From the NCBI GenBank assembly GCA_001189345.1, contig LFKV01000024.1, positions 7,534 to 31,533 of the forward strand: a DNA stretch of 24,000 bases, written 5' to 3'. The notes under the pieces are model-generated. The model worked only from the letters and a program-made list of their open reading frames with translations. It searched no databases and was not told the origin of the DNA. Shown here piece after piece: positions 17,639-24,000 of the stretch (its first letter is position 1; each line of letters starts with the position of its first letter). A program made the translations under genes and the position numbers. Origin of the DNA: Candidatus Paraburkholderia kirkii (GTDB lineage Bacteria; Pseudomonadota; Gammaproteobacteria; Burkholderiales; Burkholderiaceae).

Positions 17639-18589
17639 TCAAATCTGCGCCCCCGCATTCGGATCGTTCGGATCGTACTTGTCCTTCTTCTCCTTCACGA
17701 GATCCTCGCGCTTCACGCCGAACCACATCGCGAGCGCCGCGGCGACGAACACCGACGAATAGATGCCGAACAGGATACCGACCGTCAGCGCCAGCGCGAA
17801 GTAGTGCAGCGTCGGGCCGCCGAAGAAGAACATCGACAGCACCATCATTTCCGTACAGCCGTGCGTGATGATGGTCCGCGACATCGTGCTCGTGATCGCA
17901 TGGTCGATCACTTCCTTCACGCTCATCTTGCGCTGCTTGCGGAAGGTCTCGCGGATCCGGTCGAAGATGACCACCGACTCGTTCACCGAGTAGCCGAGCA
18001 CCGCGAGAATCGCCGCCAGCACGGAGAGCGAGAATTCCCACTGGAAAAACGCGAAGAAGCCGAGAATGATCACCACGTCGTGCAGGTTCGCGATGACGCC
18101 CGCGACCGCGTACTTCCACTCGAAGCGGAACGACAGGTAGATCACGATGCCGATCACCACGCACGCGAGCGCGAGCAGGCCGTTCATCACGAGCTCCTTG
18201 CCCACCTGCGGACCGACGAACTCGACGCGCTGCAGGCTCACCTGCGCGTTGTCGGCCTTGAGCGCGGACATCACCTGATCGCTCTGCTGCGCCGACGTGA
18301 GACCTTGCTTCAACGGCAGACGGATCAGCACGTCGCGCGAGGTGCCGAAGTTCTGCACCTGCGCGTCGGCATAGCCGAGCTTCGCCATCGTCGCGCGCAC
18401 GGGTTCGGGCGACACGGCTTGCGGATACTGCACCTCGACGACCGTTCCGCCGGTGAACTCCACCGACAGATGCAGCCCTCGATGCACGAGGAAGAACACG
18501 GCCGCGAGGAACGTCACGAGCGAGATCACGTTGAAGATCAACGCGCGCTCCATGAACGAAATATCGCGGCGAATACGGAAGAATTCCAT
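17639..18589 (-). CDS. secF: Protein translocase subunit SecF
   Basis: Track ORF of 316 aa: MEFFRIRRDISFMERALIFNVISLVTF...FTGGTVVEV...LSVLAAILAVLGYSVNESVVIFDRIRE. Intact. Confidence 0.95.
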   Translation of the reverse strand: MEFFRIRRDISFMERALIFNVISLVTFLAAVFFLVHRGLHLSVEFTGGTVVEVQYPQAVSPEPVRATMAKLGYADAQVQNFGTSRDVLIRLPLKQGLTSAQQSDQVMSALKADNAQVSLQRVEFVGPQVGKELVMNGLLALACVVIGIVIYLSFRFEWKYAVAGVIANLHDVVIILGFFAFFQWEFSLSVLAAILAVLGYSVNESVVIFDRIRETFRKQRKMSVKEVIDHAITSTMSRTIITHGCTEMMVLSMFFFGGPTLHYFALALTVGILFGIYSSVFVAAALAMWFGVKREDLVKEKKDKYDPNDPNAGAQI

Positions 18590-18615
18590 TTGCTATATCT
18601 CCGGACTCAGCGGTT

Positions 18616-20682
18616 TCAGCGGGACTGGCCCGGTTTCTGTTGATCGACGCCGGGGCCCGAGCGGCGGCGCACCGTCGGCTTGCCCGTGCGCGCCTGCGCC
18701 TGGGCCGCGCGCGGCGCTGCCGCTGCCGTCTTGGTCTTGCCCTTCGCCGTCTTCACGATGATCTCGTCGACGGGCGATTCGTCGCCGCGCTGAGCCGCGA
18801 GATAGGCCGCGGCGGCGGCTTCGGCGTCGCTGCCTGCCGGACGCCACACCTGACCGATCGCCAGCGTCTTCAGCTTCTTCTTGCCGCCGTACCACAGGTT
18901 CACGAGACCGCGCGAGAAGAACACCGCCGAGAACATCGACGTAAGTATGCCGATACAGTGCACGACCGCGAAGCCGCGCACCGAGCCCGAGCCGAACGCG
19001 AGCAGCGCGAGACCGGCGATGAGCGTGGTGACGTTCGAGTCGAGAATCGTGGCCCAGGCATGCTTGAAGCCTTCCTGAATCGCGGTCTGTGGCGGCGCGC
19101 CGTTACGCAGTTCCTCGCGGATGCGCTCGTTGATCAGCACGTTCGCGTCGATTGCCATACCGAGCGCGAGTGCGATAGCCGCGATGCCCGGCAAGGTCAG
19201 CGTCGCCTGCAGCAGCGAGAGAATCGCCACCAGCGACAGCAGGTTGACCGACAGCGCCAGCATCGAGAACAGGCCGAACAGCAGGTAATACGCGATCGTG
19301 AAGATGGCGATCGCGGCGAAACCGTACTGCACCGAATCGAAGCCCTTCTTGATGTTGTCCGCGCCGAGGCTCGGGCCGACCGTGTGTTCCTCGATGATGT
19401 CCATCGGCGCCGCGAGCGAGCCGGCGCGCAGGAGTAGTGCGAGATCGGTGGCGGCCTGCGGCGTCGGCTGGCCGGTGATTTGGAAGTGGTCGCCCAGTTC
19501 CGACTGGATGGTCGCGACGGTCAGCACCTCGCCCTTGCCCTTCTCGAACAGCACCATCGCCATCGGCTTGCCGATGTTGTCGCGCGACACGGCGGACACC
19601 GCGCGGCCGCCGGCCGAATCGAGACGGATGTTGACCGACGGACGCTGGTGCTCGTCGAAGCCCGCCGACGCGTCGATGATGCGGTCGCCCGTGAAGATCA
19701 CCTGCTTGCGCAAGAGCACGGTGCGGTCGCCCTGCTTGAACGCCTCGTCGCCGGGCGGTACCGCGTCGTTCGGGCCGATGTAGGTGTTGACCGGATCGGC
19801 GAGACGCGCTTCGAGCGTGGCCGTGCGGCCGATGATGTCCTTCGCCTTCGCCGTGTCCTGCACGCCCGGCAATTCGACCACGATGCGGTCCGAGCCCTGC
19901 TGCTGGATCACCGGCTCCGCGACGCCCAGTTCGTTCACGCGGTTATGCAGCGTCGTGATGTTCTGCTTGAGCGCGGCGTCCTCGACGGTCTTCTGCGCCA
20001 CCGCCGAGAAGGTGCCGACGACCTGCACGCCGTCGCTGCCCGGACGCGTGCTCCATTGCAGCTCGGACACGCCGGTCGTGAGCAGCTGGCGCGCATTGTC
20101 CGCCGCGGCCTGATCCGAGAAATTCACGACGACCGACTGCCCGACGCGATTCACGCCGCCGTCGCGGATGTTGCGGTCGCGCAGGTAGGTGCGCGCATAG
20201 GCGGCGTCGGAATCGAGCTTCTTGTTGAGCGCGCCGGCCATGTCCACTTGCAGGAGGAAGTGCACGCCGCCGCGCAGGTCGAGACCGAGGTACATCGGCA
20301 TCGCGTGCAGGGCCGTCAGCCAGCGCGGCGAGGCGCTCTGCAGGTTCAGTGCGACGATGTACTGCGGATCGCTCGGGTCGCTGTTGAGCGACTTCGAAAG
20401 CAGGTCCTTCACGCGCAACTGCGTGTCGGTGTCGGTCAGGCGCACGCGGATGTTCGCGTTCAGCTGCGAGTTGTCGAAGGTGACTTCATCGGCCTTGACG
20501 TTGTTCGCGACGAGCGCGCTTTCGACGTTCGCGAGCGTCGTCGAATCGAGCTTGACGGTCGCTTTGCCGCTCGACACCTGAACGGCCGGCGCCTCGCCGA
20601 AGAAATTGGGGAGCGTGTACACGAGGCCGATGACGAGCGCCACCAGCATCACGACATACTTCCAGAGGGGATAACGATTCAT
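18616..20682 (-). CDS. secD: Protein translocase subunit SecD
   Basis: Track ORF of 688 aa: MNRYPLWKYVVMLVALVIGLVYTLPNFFGE...LGLDLRGGVHFLLQVD...LPGIAAIALALGMAIDANVLINERIREE. Intact, with an Ala/Lys/Arg-rich C-terminal tail. Confidence 0.95.
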   Translation of the reverse strand: MNRYPLWKYVVMLVALVIGLVYTLPNFFGEAPAVQVSSGKATVKLDSTTLANVESALVANNVKADEVTFDNSQLNANIRVRLTDTDTQLRVKDLLSKSLNSDPSDPQYIVALNLQSASPRWLTALHAMPMYLGLDLRGGVHFLLQVDMAGALNKKLDSDAAYARTYLRDRNIRDGGVNRVGQSVVVNFSDQAAADNARQLLTTGVSELQWSTRPGSDGVQVVGTFSAVAQKTVEDAALKQNITTLHNRVNELGVAEPVIQQQGSDRIVVELPGVQDTAKAKDIIGRTATLEARLADPVNTYIGPNDAVPPGDEAFKQGDRTVLLRKQVIFTGDRIIDASAGFDEHQRPSVNIRLDSAGGRAVSAVSRDNIGKPMAMVLFEKGKGEVLTVATIQSELGDHFQITGQPTPQAATDLALLLRAGSLAAPMDIIEEHTVGPSLGADNIKKGFDSVQYGFAAIAIFTIAYYLLFGLFSMLALSVNLLSLVAILSLLQATLTLPGIAAIALALGMAIDANVLINERIREELRNGAPPQTAIQEGFKHAWATILDSNVTTLIAGLALLAFGSGSVRGFAVVHCIGILTSMFSAVFFSRGLVNLWYGGKKKLKTLAIGQVWRPAGSDAEAAAAAYLAAQRGDESPVDEIIVKTAKGKTKTAAAAPRAAQAQARTGKPTVRRRSGPGVDQQKPGQSR

Positions 20683-20808
20683 GGGGATGGCCGACCGTAA
20701 AGTTGGCTTCGGGGGGAGAGCGCGTCCGGCGTTATGCGCGATGAGCCGTCGGATGAGCCGGACGGCCCGGTGAGCGCGGCCGCGCAGGACGCGGTGGAAC
20801 GAGTGGCC

Positions 20809-21138
20809 TTACAGCGACTTGATCGTGCCCTTCGGGAGAATGGTCGTCACGGCAGCCTTCTGGACGGTGATTTCCGTGCCTTCGGCGATTTCCACGCCCA
20901 CGTAGGCGTCCGACACCTTGGTGATCTTGCCGACGATGCCGCCGTTCGTCACCACTTCGTCGCCCTTGGCCATGGCGGCGAGCATGTTGCGATGCTCCTT
21001 CTGACGCTTCATTTGCGGGCGAATCATGATGAAGTACAGCACCGCGAACATCAGAATGAGCGGCAGGAAGCTCATGAGGCTCGATTCCGCGCTGCCCGCG
21101 GTGGCGCTTTGTGCAAAGGCATTGGAAATGAACGACAC
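20809..21138 (-). CDS. yajC: Preprotein translocase subunit YajC
   Basis: 109 aa: ...LPLILMFAVLYFIMIRPQMKRQKEHRNMLAAMAKGDEVVTNGGIVGKI. Intact. Confidence 0.95.
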   Translation of the reverse strand: MSFISNAFAQSATAGSAESSLMSFLPLILMFAVLYFIMIRPQMKRQKEHRNMLAAMAKGDEVVTNGGIVGKITKVSDAYVGVEIAEGTEITVQKAAVTTILPKGTIKSL

Positions 21139-21335
21139 GTTGGTCTCTCCGTTATTGCGTCAGAAATACGTTCGAAAAAGTCGAATGGAAATTAGCCCGG
21201 CATTCTACCACTCGCCCATGCCGCGAGACTCCGGGAATGCGCTTTGTCATCAAGCCGTTACGCGGCGTTCGAGGCATGTTTCGCAAGCAATGGAAAGTAG
21301 ATTGTAATGCTTGCGGCGTCGTTTCGAGACGTTGC

Positions 21336-22547
<1,212 letters not shown>

Positions 22548-23594
22548 TCAGCGCTGGCGCGTCAGAAGCATGGCATCGCCATAACTGAAGAAACGGTACT
22601 TCTCCTCGATCGCGTGACGATACGCCTCGCGGATCGCGTCCATGCCGGCAAATGCGGAGACGAGCATCAGCAGTGTGGACTTCGGCAGATGGAAATTCGT
22701 CACGAGCCGGTCGACGACGCGGAAATCGTAGCCCGGCGTGATGAAGATATCGGTTTCGGCCTGCGTCGCCGCGAGCGGACGGCCGGCTTGCGCGGCGTCG
22801 CGCGCGGCGGCTTCGAGCGCGCGCATCGATGTGGTGCCGACCGCGATCACGCGATTGCCGTGCGCCTTCACCACCGCGATGCGGTCGACGAGCGATTGCG
22901 GCAGGTCGTACCACTCGCTGTGCATCCTGTGCTCGGCGATGTTCTCGACGCGCACCGGCTGGAACGTGCCCGCGCCGACGTGCAGCGTGAGCGTCGCGCG
23001 CTCGACGCCGCGCGCCTCGAGTGCCGCGAAGAGGGCGTCGTCGAAGTGCAGGCCGGCGGTCGGCGCGGCCACCGCGCCGGGATTCGCCGCATAGACCGTC
23101 TGATAGTGCGTTTCGTCGTAGGCATCGGCGTCGTGCTCGATGTACGGCGGCAGCGGCAGGCGTCCGAACTGCTCGATGAGCGTCAGGCACTCGGCCGGAA
23201 AGTGCAGCGTGTAGAACGGCTCGACGCGCTCGCCGACGGTCACGTCGAACGCCTCCGCGAGCCGGATCGCGCTGCCGGGCGCCGGGCTCTTGCTCGCGCG
23301 GATCTGCGCGAGCGCCGTGGTGGCGCCCGTCAGACGCTCGACGAGCACCTCGACGCGCCCGCCGCTGGCCTTCTGGCCGAAGAAGCGCGCTTTCAGGACT
23401 TTGGTATCGTTGAAGACGAGCAGATCGCCCGGCTCGACGAGATTCGGCAATTCGGAAAAGCGCCGGTCCACGAGCGTGGCGGGAGACGTGCGATTGTCCA
23501 CCTCGAGCAGGCGGCTCGCGCTGCGCTCGGCGAGCGCGCTCTGCGCGATCAGCTCGGGCGGCAGATTAAAATCGAAATCGGAAAGCGTGAACAT
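22548..23594 (-). CDS. queA: S-adenosylmethionine:tRNA ribosyltransferase-isomerase
   Basis: [30 protein letters not shown]...VGAGTFQPV...HSEWY...[10 protein letters not shown]...[17 protein letters not shown]. The ATG at 23594 is preferred to the track start at 23636. Intact. Confidence 0.95.
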   Translation of the reverse strand: MFTLSDFDFNLPPELIAQSALAERSASRLLEVDNRTSPATLVDRRFSELPNLVEPGDLLVFNDTKVLKARFFGQKASGGRVEVLVERLTGATTALAQIRASKSPAPGSAIRLAEAFDVTVGERVEPFYTLHFPAECLTLIEQFGRLPLPPYIEHDADAYDETHYQTVYAANPGAVAAPTAGLHFDDALFAALEARGVERATLTLHVGAGTFQPVRVENIAEHRMHSEWYDLPQSLVDRIAVVKAHGNRVIAVGTTSMRALEAAARDAAQAGRPLAATQAETDIFITPGYDFRVVDRLVTNFHLPKSTLLMLVSAFAGMDAIREAYRHAIEEKYRFFSYGDAMLLTRQR

Positions 23595-23665
23595 GGTGTG
23601 AACAAAGCACGAACGAGGCACAAACGCGCCGAGCAAACCTCATATTGTACTTGCGAAGAGATTAG

Positions 23666-24000
23666 ATGCCCTTGTTCGACCGCCGTCCGTCTTCCCCGGC
23701 CGACACCCTTCCGGTTGCGGAAGAAGCCGGCGCGCCCGTCGCGCGCAAGCGGACGAAGCCGGCCAAAAGCGCGGGGAAGAAGCTGAAACCGGCCGTCAAG
23801 ACGGCGGACAAGCTCGCCAGGCTCGGCCTGAAATCCGACATCGATTTCGTCCTGCATCTGCCGATGCGCTACGAGGACGAAACCTCGCTCACGCCCATCG
23901 GCGAACTGATTCCCGGCGACAACGCGCAGACCGAAGGCGTCGTGTTCGACAACGAGATCGCGTATCGCCCGCGCCGCCAGCTGCTCGTGAAAATTCACGA
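23666..24000 (+). CDS. recG: ATP-dependent DNA helicase RecG, N-terminal part (runs off the window)
   Basis: My translation from the ATG at 23666 gives MPLFDRRPSSPADTLPVAEEAGAPVARKRTKPAKSAGKKLKPAVKTADKLARLGLKSDIDFVLHLPMRYEDETSLTPIGELIPGDNAQTEGVVFDNEIAYRPRRQLLVKIH. It is absent from the track because no stop is reached, and it is divergent from queA. Confidence 0.8.
   Translation, partial: MPLFDRRPSSPADTLPVAEEAGAPVARKRTKPAKSAGKKLKPAVKTADKLARLGLKSDIDFVLHLPMRYEDETSLTPIGELIPGDNAQTEGVVFDNEIAYRPRRQLLVKIH

Noticed and set aside
18616-18860. ~80-aa Ala/Lys/Arg-rich C-terminal tail of SecD as a possible fusion or frameshift product
   Set aside because: It is in the same frame, with no break in the conserved SecD core before it. 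Low-complexity tails of this kind are plausible lineage-specific extensions. I cannot verify this without ortholog alignment, so it is not reported as a finding.

Overview
This is a G+C-rich chromosomal core region. Protein sequences and gene order look like Burkholderia sensu lato, but that is inference only, since no database search was possible. Gene order, with strand: ABC permease (-), FAD oxidoreductase (-), LysR regulator (-), IdnD-like Zn-dehydrogenase remnant (-), pntB/pntAB (-), pntAA (-), NUDIX hydrolase (+), mnmA (+), TetR regulator (+), secreted esterase (+), YibF-like GST (-), pqiC-pqiB-pqiA2-pqiA1 (-), cytochrome b561 (+), two yceI paralogs (+), secF-secD-yajC-tgt-queA (-), recG (+, partial). 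I found no tRNA/rRNA, CRISPR array, IS or phage element, defence system or biosynthetic cluster, and no convincing undescribed system. The most notable signal is bimodal gene integrity. About 11.6 kb of genes show no detectable frame disruption: mnmA, NUDIX, TetR, pqiA1/B/C, yceI-2, secDF, yajC, tgt, queA and recG. About 10 kb of metabolic or accessory genes carry roughly 20 lesions by my hand count. These lesions are single-base indels, three short tandem duplications (11, 14 and 20 bp), an out-of-frame deletion in pntAA, a roughly 0.4 kb in-frame deletion fusing pntAB to pntB, and a 5' truncation of the dehydrogenase. This pattern fits real pseudogenisation (reductive evolution) better than uniform sequencing error, though error cannot be excluded for the individual 1-bp indels. 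Several lesions leave long open frames that would fool gene callers: the esterase, the pntAB-pntB chimera and the pqiA2-pqiB read-through. Many long ORFs in the supplied track are out-of-frame or antisense shadow ORFs typical of high-GC DNA.
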